Below are positions 37,489-49,635 of a DNA stretch of 64,000 nt, one piece after another. The DNA is taken from assembly GCF_009914755.1 (NCBI RefSeq), contig NC_060930.1. One strand, 5' to 3'. The position numbers and the translations under genes were made by a program. Each line of letters begins with the position of its first letter. Within the stretch, counting starts at the first letter, position 1. The notes below the pieces were generated by a model. It searched no databases. It worked only from the letters and a program-made list of their open reading frames with translations, and was not told the origin of the DNA. Source of the DNA: the human T2T-CHM13v2.0 reference genome, Homo sapiens.

Positions 37489-39674
37489 TGATTAGTGCTA
37501 ATGGTTTCTTTTCTTTTTTATACATTTTTTATTTCATCTTGTCAATGCTTTCTTATCAGTTACATCCAGTCTCCTGTAGAGATGCACTATTTCACCATTG
37601 CTGTCATGGTCTAGGACTAATGAGACATCTGACAGTTTTTCATGTTTGTGATATGTGTTCTGTATCCTTAGTTCACAGGGGATGTGCCCAGATTTGGAGA
37701 GTAACTGAACCTGTGGAATAGCAAGACACTTTCTAATGGCATTTGACTGTATTTTCAAAAACCGTTATGACAAGGGATGTTACTTTGAGTCATCATTCAG
37801 TTAAACAAATAGATGCATGCATTGGGATTCTTGACTTAGTGTGAAAGTTATATTTCACTTGGCATTTGACTGAATATTTGAATTTAAAAGTTTTATTACA
37901 TAATATACAAGCAAAATAATCCCAGTGCTTATTTTGCTTACTACTTGAGAGAGGCAATAAGAATGAATTTCTGTAATGTGTTTGTAGCAAGACAGGTGTT
38001 TTGAAGTTATTTCATCGCATTATTTGATTTGTACACATCTGTGAGTTTCCAGGTATAGAAAGATTTTATTGACAATTTCAGTTCCTTTGGAGGTTGAAAT
38101 ATTTCAACATGCAGCTTATAATTGCTTCTTTACATTGTAAGAATGATCCTCTTTAGTTATAATTGTATGCTTTGTTCCCATTCTTACAATTTTGGAACAC
38201 TCTTATGCATCAATATATTTTAATATATATATAGGGGAGAGAATAAATTATTAACCAACTGCTTAAGCTTTAGCTCTAAGAACTTTATGTTTATCCTATA
38301 TGAATTATTTTCAAAATTATTACATAGTTAAGATCATTTCAACTGCAAAACTCATTGACCCCCATCTAGTATACTGGATAACATGAGGAAGTTTGACTTT
38401 GCTAATACTTGTCATTTTTCTAAATAGGCAAATTATCCTACCTGGTGTGTTGAAGGGACTCTACTCAATAGTTTGCATTTGGGAAATAACTTTAAGAAGT
38501 CCTGTCTAATCCAAATAAAATGCATTCTACATGCAGTTTAAAGATTCTCTTCTGTTCATCTTGGTATTCCCCGGTCTTGGCTTAGGCATAACCCAGGTTC
38601 TACAACCGGCAGCATTGAGGAATGGGCCAAAACATGGCCTATTTCTTCACTGGTTTTGTTCTATTTCTTCTACCACTTGTTAGCTGTTGCGTCTGGCTCC
38701 TTTAAGATCAGGCAAAGAAGAGGAACTAGAAGAAAAGCGCAAGGTTTAACTTGATCATTGCCATTGGAATCTGGCATTGAGGCCATCAGTTTGGCAGATG
38801 TGCAAATAAATGCTGGTTCTTTCTCTCAAAGAATGCTTTGTTGGACTCTATAGAATCCTTCCTACTGCCCTCCCCCTACCTACTCAGGGACCTCCAGCCC
38901 TATACCTTTCTCTGAGGTGGATGACATATTCTCTGGCTGGCCTGAATGGACATTGTCCCCTCAGTTACTGCTTCTAAGAGCATACCTTGCACATACTTGC
39001 TATAGAAGGCAGTTTTCCTGATCTGTGTACTTTACAGATGTCTCAAATCCAGAGACCTTATTCTAGCCAAAAACAAAACTCAGCACGTTTGTTTTTGTGT
39101 CTGAAACTTGGACATGCAACAGGTGCCATTGCAGCTTTTCCTTGGATATTTGCCATCCTGTGCCTTTTTCAGATGACAGTCCAAATTCTAGGCAATGCAG
39201 TTGAAGGTTCCAGGAGAATTCTTTTCTATATCCAGGTTCAGTAGTAACATTAAAGTAACCTATGAGTTTCTATAGCTGAATAAGCATGGGATCTGCGGGC
39301 AGAGGGGTTAAAAAGAGAGGCGTTAAGATGTTATTCTTTCCTTTGCAACCCATAGTTGTTCAGGCACAGTTACTCTAGAATATAAAGCAGTGTGTTTAGA
39401 TACTTGAACCATTTTTAAATTAATGATTAATTTGTATTTAAGGGAAGAAAAATGATCTGTTTATGTATACACATACACATAGAATCATCATGAATAGCAT
39501 AATGGTAAATGCATGATGTAAATATCTTGAATTCATGACTCAGGGACCAGTACTGTCATGGGTAATATGATTTTCTAACATTTTAATAAGTTTCTGAACA
39601 AAACAAATGGTAATGATTCTCAACTTACACAATAGTTGTATTCCAAGGAAATTCTTTGCATTTTTAAACCATGC

Positions 39675-40355
39675 TAGACTTTTACTTCCAGGTATGAGTG
39701 ACTAAATTGTGGTCGTTGAAACCCCCTTCCAAAAGCCAAAGGGTAGGGGAAACTATTCAAAAACATCTTGGAGTCACCAAGGCAGCCAGAACTGAAGCAG
39801 CCATGATCCTGGAGAGAAGGAAACACACTATCATCTTCCCCTCAAAACACTGGCAAAGTCATAAGCAGTGAACAGTGAGAGGCTGGAAAGATGAGCAGAA
39901 ACTGGTTGCCAACAGGGTAAAAAACTCAGCAGAAATTTTGGAAGTCTCATAGTGCTAGAGGGATAGAGCTAGAGGTTAGGTTTTGCCAAGGAGGGAGGGA
40001 CTCAGGCTCTCCTTTGGGACCCTGAAGGCCTGTTGTCTAGAAATAACAGAAATAGACCAGATCGTAAACACTGAGCCTTGAATTAACTCAATATCCAATT
40101 TAAATCCTAGCCAAATTCTAAAACAAATCCCCTTTGGAGAAAAATAACAACGTTGAGAGTCTCTACAGATTTTTATACCTAATGTTCAGCATTAGCTACA
40201 AAATTATTAGGTATACTGAAAAATGATAGCAAGAAAAAACAGACAATGGACGAAGGCCCCCAAGTGATATAAATATTAGACACAGATAATATAGTAAAAT
40301 AAAATCATTTTATCAAGAAAATAGAAGAAAAGATGTAGACTTTTATCAGAGAACT
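39675..40355 (+). mobile_element. Old L1M (MC/ME-type) 5' UTR/ORF1-start fragment
   Basis: GACTTTTACTTCCAGG start; AAAATTATTAGGTATA..AAAAAACAGACAAT..AGAAAAGATG motifs. Confidence 0.5.
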
Positions 40356-40361
40356 ATGCCC

Positions 40362-40406
40362 AACACACACACACAGACATAAACACACACACACTCTCTC
40401 TCTCTC
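40362..40406. repeat. Compound (CA)n(CT)n microsatellite
   Basis: Seen directly. Confidence 0.9.
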
Positions 40407-40768
40407 TGCTCTGGTGTGAATGTTTGTATACCCCTACAAATTAATCTGTTGAAATCTAACCCCCAAGGTGGTAGTATTAAGAGATTGGGGCTTTCACAGG
40501 TCATTGTCATGAGGGCTGTGTCCTCATGAATGGCGTTAGTGGCCTTTAATAAAAAAAAGTTTGAGAGAGACTCTTTGCTCCTTTCACCATGTGAGAACAC
40601 AGCTGGAAGGTGTCATCTATGAGGAACAGGCTCTCACCAAACACCAGATCTGCAGGCATGTTGATTTTGGACTTCCCAGCCTGTAGAACTGTAGGAAGAA
40701 ATTTCTGTTGTTTGTAAATTACCCAGTCTAAGGTAGTTTGTTGGAGCAGTCAGAACAGACGAAGATGT
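40407..40768 (+). mobile_element. MLT1A-type MaLR LTR
   Basis: TGCTCTGG.GTGAATGTTTG..GTTGAAATCTAACCCCCAAG..GGACTTCCCAGCC..AAATTTCTGTTGTTT. Confidence 0.88.
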
Positions 40769-40874
40769 ACACATATCTATGTATATGTTATTAGTATTAT
40801 AGTATTATATAAAACAGAGTTAGGTTCTAGGCTCAGATGAACATAAATATAACGTTAACATGAAGAAACAGAAA

Positions 40875-41100
40875 CAGGTTTTGAACCTATATGAGAATGT
40901 TTGTTGGGACATTTGAAAAGCTGTGGGATTTGAAAAGATTCTTCATGGTATAGAGCTGTCAGGAGCATTGAAGGGTATCTAGTCTCCCTGCTTGGCCAAA
41001 TGCCCATAGCACCTTAAAATCATCATGAAAACTGAAAACACTTCCACAAGATTTCCAGATACCGTGTAGGGACAGTAATGCCCCTGTTGAACACTACTGC
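40875..41100 (-). mobile_element. MER20B-like DNA transposon
   Basis: CCAAATGCCCATAGCACC, GCCCCTGTTGAACACTACTG terminus. Confidence 0.5.
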
Positions 41101-41109
41101 TCAGTTGCT

Positions 41110-41270
41110 CAATCTAACACATTTTTATGGGTAGTGGTGAAGCCAAAGAGTTGTGATAGTTACACAAATCTTCATAGATCATACAGCTGGTTATCTACAG
41201 AGATGATGTTTGAACCTCCACCGCCTAACTTTTAATACTAACTTCTACCAACCCTCTATTCCACTGAACT
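41110..41270 (-). mobile_element. MIR fragment
   Basis: GATCATACAGCTGGTTA..TTTGAACC. Confidence 0.5.
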
Positions 41271-42184
41271 TTAAAAATTCTTGAGAAATCTGATTTTGAT
41301 TTCTAGGTTAATCAGAAATTTGAGGATTTTTGTGTATATGCCCACATAAATGAATGACACAAGATACATGAAAACTATTAATAACTGAAAACCAATAGTT
41401 AATTTTTAAACTCCCTTTAATATAGTAATGCAAATTCCTTTCCAAAATTCTAAAGTAGGTTCAGACTTTTGCTGAGAGTTTAAAGGTCTGAAAACATCTC
41501 ACCCTGCTTCAGCTTAGGGGAATCAAAGGAATACTTCAAAGACCTCAAGTTTGAAAAATATCAGAAAGTCCTACTTATAGTACAGTTCAAAGCAATCATA
41601 GGTGAATCATGAGGGATTTCTATGGAAACTTAGTATCCAAATATATTTTTCCTTTGAAATTCACACAGGCTTCTAAATTCAGTTATATTATCATTTTTAT
41701 AAATTCTTTCACAACTCCACTATTCTTCAGCATCACCTGAAAGCATACCCTCTACTTCAGCTTTAATGTTGAGATATCTGGCGTCTCACAGCCTTCTGAG
41801 ATATGTTTTCCATGCATTTGCCCTCTGCTTCTCTTACATGTGGAAAATAGAGCTTGCATGAAAGATTTGATCTTTCTCTGTAACTTCACATTTGCATTTC
41901 TATTACTCCTGTCTCAAAAATGTTGGTATTACTGTTTAGTATTAATGGTTCTTTATTGATAATACTCAAAATTAGTGAATCATTTATTGGTCTGGGTAGG
42001 TTTGTATGCAAGCTATACTCTGTTTCTTATTTTTTTCCTCTGACCTAGTAGATTCCTAATATCTGCTAGTGATCTATATAGTATTATACATATATACACA
42101 CATACATACATATATACATGCTAATAATATATATTAGTACTATATACATATATACTAGTAATATGTATATACTGTTGATATATC

Positions 42185-44590
42185 CAGGCATACCTTGGAG
42201 ATAATGCAGATTTTGTTCCAGACCACTGCAATAAAATGAGTCACCTAAATTTTTGGTTTCTCAATGGATATAAAAGTTATGTTTCCACTCTACTGTAGTA
42301 TATTAAGTATGCAATATGATTATGTCTAAAATTAAAATGTACATACCTTAACTGAAAAGACTTTATTGCAAAAAAGGCTGATAATCATCTGAACCTTCAG
42401 TGAATTGTAATCTTTTTGCTGGTGGAGAGTCTTCCCTCAATGTTGATGGCTGCTGGTTGATCAAGGTGGTGGTTGTGAAAAGTTGAAGTGGCTGTGGCAA
42501 TTTCTGAAATAAGACAATGAAGTTTCCTGCATTGATTGACTTTTCCTTTCATGAAAAGTTTCGCTGTTGCATGAGATGTTTGATACCTTATGTAGAACTT
42601 CTTTCAAAGTGGAGTCAATCCTCTCAGACCTTGTCACTACTTATAAACTAAGTTTATGTGCCATTCTAAATGCTTTGTTGTCATTTTGGCAGTGTTCATA
42701 GCATCTTTACAGCAGTAGTTTTAATTTTAAGGTTCTCCTTTTTTTTTTGCTTACCCATAAGAAGCAACTTGCTCATCCCTTCAAACTCTATCATGAGATT
42801 ATAGCAATTCAGTAACCTCTTCAGACTCCACTTTTAATTCTAGTTCTCTTGCTATTTCTACCACATTTGCAGTTACTTTCTCCACTGAAGCCTTGGATTC
42901 TTCAAAGTCATCTGTGAAGGTTGGAATCAATTTCTTCCAAACTCTTTAATGTTGATATTTTGACCTTCTTCAATGAATCACAAATGTTCTTAATGGCATC
43001 TAGACTGGTGAATCCTTTCCAGTGGCTTTCAATTTACTTTGCTGAGATCCATCAGAGGAATCACTATCCATGGCAGCTATAGCCTTACAAAATGTATTTC
43101 TGAAATAATAAGACTTGAAAGTCAAAATTACCCTTTGATCCATGGCTTCAGGGGTATTTTGTTAGCAGGAATGAAAACAACATTAATCTCCCTATACATC
43201 TCCGTCAGAGCTTTTGGGTGACTAGGTGCATTGTCAATAAGCAGAAATATTTTGAAGGAAATCTTTTTTTCTAAGCAGTAGGCCCCAACAGTGGCTTAAA
43301 ATATTTAATTAAATTATTAAATATTTTAATCTGGTTTAACATATTTAATTAAATTATGCTATAAACAGATGTGCTATCATCCAGGCTTTGTTATTTCATT
43401 TACAGAGCGCAGGAAGAGTAGATTTAGCATAATTCTTAAGGGCCCTAGGGTTTTCAGAATGGTAAATGAACATTAACTTCCACTTAAAATCACTAGCTGC
43501 ATTAGCCCCTAAAAAAAAAGGGAATCAGCCTGTTTTTTTGAAGCCAGTCATTGATTTCTCCTCTCTAGCTATGAAAGTACTAGATGGTGTCTTCTTCTAA
43601 TAGAAGGCAGTTCATCTAGATAGCAAATCTGTTGTTTAGTGTGACCACCTTCATCAATCATCTTATCTACATCTTTTGCATAACTGGCTGTAGTTTCTCC
43701 ATCAGCACTTGCTGCTTCACCTTGGACTTTTATGTTATGGAGATGGCTCTTTCTTTAAACCACATGAACCAACCTCTGCTAACTTCAAAGATTTCTTCTG
43801 TAGCTTCCTGACCTCTCTCAGCCTTCATAGAATTAAAGAGAGTTAGGGCCTTGCCCTGGATTAGGTGTTGGCTTAAGGGAATGTTGTGGCTGGTTTGATC
43901 TTCCACGCAGACCACTCAAACTGTTATCATATCTGCAGTAACGCTGTTCACTTTCTTATCATTCGTATGGTCACTGGAGTAGCACGTTTAAGTTCCTTCA
44001 AGAGTTTTTCCTTTGCATTCACAACTTGGCTAGCTATTTAGTGCAAGAGGCCTAGCTTTCAGCCTGTCTTGGCATTTGACATGCCTTCCTTACTAAGCTT
44101 AATTGTTTCTAGCTTTTGATTTAAAGTGAGAGACATGTGTCTCCTCCTTTTGCTTGAAAACTTAGAAGCCATGGTAGTGTTATTAATTGACCTAATTTTA
44201 ATATTGTTGTGTCTCAAAAATATGGAAGCTGAGGAAAGGAAGAGAGATGGGGGATTGCCCAGTCGGTGGAGCAGTCAGGACACACAGCCTTTTTTGATTA
44301 AGTTCGCCATCTTACATTGGTGCAGTTCTTGGTATCCTAAAACAATTGCAAGAGTAATATCAAAGATCCCTGATCACAGATCACCATAACAGATATTAAA
44401 ATGACGAAAAAGTTTGAAATATTGTGAGAATTACCAAAATGTGACACAGACACACAAAGGGAGTGCATGCTGTTGGAAAAGTGGTGCCCATAGACTTGCT
44501 TGATGCAGGATTGTCACCAACCTTTAATTTTAAAAAGACACAGTATCTTCAAAGTGCCATAAAGTAAAATACAAGAAAATGATATCCTCT
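42185..44590 (-). mobile_element. Full-length Tigger1 (pogo/TcMar) with decayed transposase
   Basis: TIR CAGGCATACCT at 42185; ~2.4 kb; ORF 43730-43915 [37 protein letters not shown] is the Tigger1 CENPB-type HTH region. Confidence 0.95.
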
Positions 44591-44779
44591 TTCTCCCTAT
44601 GTATATATCACTAGTGCAAGAGCTTAGTAATGAGCACCCCTACATACCTATAGAAAGTAATTACAAGGCCATTTAATTCATTTTATACATGTACACAAAA
44701 CCAAACAATCTCACATTTGTCACAGCCTCAGTGAATTCCATCTCAATGAGCTTTGCTGAAAGGTACTGTACCCTCCAGA

Positions 44780-44960
44780 GGGGTTGACATTTACTTGCTA
44801 GACCTCTGGGTATGCCAGGGAAGCTTAGGAAATTGTGGATGCCAGTTGTTACCCTTCATTCACTTGCTATTTAGCAATGGCCTTGGTAGTAATATATCTC
44901 TGAGAGTGAGTTTTCTTCATTCCTCCATTCAATAAATATACTTGAATGTATGCTTAAATG
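44780..44960 (+). mobile_element. MIR fragment
   Basis: TTCACTTGCT..GGCCTTGG..TCTCTGAG..AGTTTTCTTCAT. Confidence 0.5.
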
Positions 44961-45759
44961 CAAGGCTCCTCTATTGGTGTATATGTGACCATAGGTTCAT
45001 ATTCAAATATTTCAGTCCTTGACTTTTTACATGCTTTTTGGAAATCTGCAGAAATATTATTTCAGTCCTAATTCTTTGCTTGAGTTCTTTTATGTAGCTG
45101 CGCCATTGAAGTGAACCATGTATAGTTCACAGCAGCTGTGAAGGTAGATTTCAGAGGTATCATGAAGGCCTCTGACTTCCCTATATCCTTACCCTCATTT
45201 TTCCTTTCCTACCAACTAAGAGATGCTTCTCCTACCAGCTCATGGGTGTGACTGTTCTATTTGGAATTGTTTATATGACTCAAGTTTTCAAAGTGGAAAC
45301 TGAAGCCTATTATTTGGTTGCACATTAGTGTGAATTTGCCATTACTTTCAGGAGAGGATGTGTTGATAAGAAGGTGAAGGATTCTGGTTACTTTGAGGAA
45401 GGAAGTGCAACTGTTGAAGGAAGCCAGGAGTACCCAAGCCATCTAGAATAGATTCTGCTGATCACCATATAACTTACTGGTTTAGAGAGCTGTTACTGGA
45501 ATTATGATTCTCCTCTTTTATCTCAGGAAGTGACAAGTATGTCATCTAATTGACTAATTATGTTGATGCTTAGACTTTCAGTGTGTGCTGGTCCAGGCTA
45601 GAGGAATTTACTTAGAATATCAGATTCAACAAGGTTTTTTTCTTTTCATAACCCAGAGTGAGAGTTGAGTACTCTCTCACCCTGTGGAAAAAGAATGGTA
45701 ATACATTTTTTTCTTACTTTACAATAGCCTTATATTTTTATTAATTATATATTTCTCTA

Positions 45760-46160
45760 AAGGTTAGTGTTGAAAGTGTAGATTCTAGAGTCAAGTAGCC
45801 TATTTTCAAATCCTGGCTGTGCTACTTACTAATAGTGTGACCTTGAACAAATTAGCCTCATTGCACTTATGTTGCCTCAAAAATGGGGAAGAAGAATGGG
45901 ATCTAACTCATAGGGCGATTGTGGTGATTAAATAAGAAAATACATAGCTGGGCATGGTGGTGTGCTCCTCTAGTCCCAGCTACCTGGGAGGTTGAGGCAA
46001 GAGGATGGGTTGAGCAGGAGTGTGAGGCTGCAGTGAGCTATGACGACTGACCCATTGCACTTCAGCTTGGATGACAGAGTGAGACCCTGTCTCTTAAAAG
46101 GAAAGGAAAGAAAATATGTAGATATAATTTAGCAGTTTGTGGAATGTTAGCATTAACTAT
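45760..46160 (+). mobile_element. MIR interrupted by a FRAM
   Basis: TTCAAATCCTGGCTGTGCTACTTACTA..GTGTGACCTTGAACAA core. Confidence 0.8.
45947..46107 (+). mobile_element. FRAM/FAM free Alu monomer
   Basis: Single right-arm-like monomer with its own TSD AAGAAAATA(CA/TG)TA (45934 / 46108). Confidence 0.85.
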
Positions 46161-46240
46161 ATTAAAGTTTCATTTAACAGTTCCTTTATGATTTCATACA
46201 GCTTCAAAATATGGTTGATTAGCATCCACTTAGGTGTTAA

Positions 46241-46570
<330 letters not shown>

Positions 46571-47369
46571 CATTTAAATGCTTTTCAATGGCTACTGACT
46601 ATAGTATTTTCTTTATCCTTTTGCAATGCAAGGTATGATAGCTGTTTTCTGAATATATTGGTTCCAGAGAATTACTTGCTCTTTCAGATAGTTTTCCACC
46701 AGTGGCACCTTTATATGACAACATTGTACACACATGTTTGTGTGTCAGCTGTTTGTTATATCAACCTGTTAATCCTACATTCCTTAATTTAAAACAGATG
46801 AAAACTGTGACAAACGCATAAGCTGAGTTTATAATTGCCCAGCAAATTTTCCTTTAAACTTGCAAATATACAGTATCCCAAATATTCCCACTAGTGTAAT
46901 CATCTTTTGTTTTCACCAAAGTAGCTTTACAAAAGACATCTTTCAAACAACTGTTTCATAGACTGAGTTACTACTTTCTTTAAAGTTAATCAACACTTGC
47001 TGTCCTTCCAAATGAAGTCTAAATCTGTTTACTTAGACCTGGTCTCTGAACCCTTATAAGCATGTCTGGTATATATTTCTAAAGTGAAGCTATTATTAAA
47101 AAGCTATTATTAAAAGCGTTTGTAGTAGACATAACTTGGTGTGGTTGCCTTGCTTGCAATAACTTTCCAGGTGGTCATGAATATGCTGTTTGGGTCACTG
47201 ATTTCACTCTTGGCTGCGATTGAACAGGGTAGGCCAATCATAGTGCCTCCTTTCAGCTCACAAATGATTGTATTATTCAAAAGGTGGTGATAACATCCAA
47301 ATCAAACTTGAGAAAAAACTGTTATTTTAATTTTTAATTTTTTCTTATCAATAGCAGTATGATGGTACT

Positions 47370-47561
47370 TCCAGTACCCCAGTGACACCTAGCCTGAGAA
47401 AGAAGCAGAGATAAAGTCTATAGAGGAAGAGAGCATCTGAATGACGTTTGAGTCCCTGGATCCACTGTGTGAAGCCAGAGCCACTCCTGCAAGTGTTTTG
47501 TTTAGGTTTAAATTTGATTGAGATTTTTATTACTTCAAAGTAAAAAATTCTTACTAATGCA
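47370..47561 (+). mobile_element. Old MLT1 (J/K-like) LTR 3' fragment
   Basis: TTTGAGTCCCTGGATCCA..GAAGCCAG; ends TTCTTACTAATGCA. Confidence 0.55.
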
Positions 47562-47610
47562 ATGCCTTCAGCCTTCCACCTCAAAGTCACTGAAAGGATC
47601 TTAATATTTT

Positions 47611-49275
47611 CAATGTATATATTTATAACTTATAATTTAATGTATTTATATTATAAATATAACTTATAATTCAATGTATTTATATTATAAATATAACTTA
47701 TAATTCAATGTATTTATATTATAAATATAACTTATAATTCAATGTATTTATATTATAAATATAACTTATAATTCAATGTATTTATATTATAAATATAACT
47801 TATAATTCAATGTATTTATATTATAAATATAACTTATAATTCAATGTATTTATATTATAAATATAACTTATAATTCAATGTATTTATATTATAAATATAA
47901 CATAATTCAATGTATTTATATTATAAATATAACTTATAATTCAATGTATTTATATTATAAATATAACTTATAATTCAATGTATTTATATTATAAATATAA
48001 CTTATAATTCAATGTATTTATATTATAAATATAGTTTATAATTCAATGTATTTATATTATAAATATAGTTTATAATTCAATGTATTTATATTATAAATAT
48101 AGTTTATAATTCAATGTATTTATATTATAAATATAGTTTATAATTCAATGTATTTATATTATAAATATAGTTTATAATTCAATGTATTTATATTATAAAT
48201 ATAGTTTATAATTCAATGTATTTATATTATAAATATAGTTTATAATTCAATGTATTTATATTATAAATATAGTTTATAATTCAATGTATTTATATTATAA
48301 ATATAGTTTATAATTCAATGTATTTATATTATAAATATAGTTTATAATTCAATGTATTTATATTATAAATATAGTTTATAATTCAATGTATTTATATTAT
48401 AAATATAGTTTATAATTCAATGTATTTATATTATAAATATAGTTTATAATTCAATGTATTTATATTATAAATATAGTTTATAATTCAATGTATTTATATT
48501 ATAAATATAGTTTATAATTCAATGTATTTATATTATAAATATAGTTTATAATTCAATGTATTTATATTATAAATATAGTTTATAATTCAATGTATTTATA
48601 TTATAAATATAGTTTATAATTCAATGTATTTATATTATAAATATAGTTTATAATTCAATGTATTTATATTATAAATATAGTTTATAATTCAATGTATTTA
48701 TATTATAAATATAGTTTACAATTCAATGTATTTATATTATAAATATAGTTTACAATTCAATGTATTTATATTATAAATATAGTTTACAATTCAATGTATT
48801 TATATTATAAATATAGTTTACAATTCAATGTATTTATATTATAAATATAGTTTACAATTCAATGTATTTATATTATAAATATAGTTTACAATTCAATGTA
48901 TTTATATTATAAATATAGTTTATAATTTAATGTATTTATATTATAAATATAGTTTATAATTTAATGTATTTATATTATAAATATAGTTTATAATTTAATG
49001 TATTTATATTATAAATATAGTTTATAATTTAATGTATTTATATTATAAATATAGTTTATAATTTAATGTATTTATATTATAAATATAGTTTATAATTTAA
49101 TGTATTTATATTATAAATATAGTTTATAATTTAATGTATTTATATTATATAGTTTATAATTTAATGTATTTATATTATATAGTTTATAATTTAATGTATT
49201 TATATTATAAATATAGTTTATAATTTAATGTATTTATATTATAAATATAGTTTATAATTTAATATATATAAAACT
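47611..49275. repeat. 34-bp AT-rich minisatellite (VNTR), ~49 copies
   Basis: Unit TGTATTTATATTATAAATATA(AC/GT)TTA(T/C)AATT(C/T)AA; period verified at 47641, 47675, 47709. Confidence 0.99.
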
Positions 49276-49464
49276 TATAAATATATTAATATTTTAAATA
49301 TAACTCTTACTAGCAATTTGAGACTGGGAACACCTATGTCAGAATTTACCTAGTGTAGAACAGATAATTTACAACTTTTGTGAAATCTCTTACCATTACG
49401 TGTGTAAACTACAGCAGTAATGTCGCAAGGAAGGGCGAACTTAAACTCAACATACATCCTTGCT

Positions 49465-49635
49465 GAAGGGTCAAAAGTAGCATAGATCTAGGTTCAGATC
49501 CTGATGACAATGTATTGCCTAGGCGACCTTGGCCTGTCATTTACACTTTTCCTTTGTAAATGAGGATTGTAATGACCTCATAGTCTGGTCACGAGGGGTA
49601 AATGATGGCATAATGAATAAAGGAGAACTTAATAA
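49465..49635 (+). mobile_element. MIR
   Basis: AGGTTCAGATCCTG..GACCTTGG..TTTCCTTTGTAAATGAGG..ACCTCATAG. Confidence 0.65.

Noticed and set aside
47611-49275. CRISPR-like array
   Set aside because: Head-to-tail repeats without unique spacers, in primate DNA: a minisatellite.
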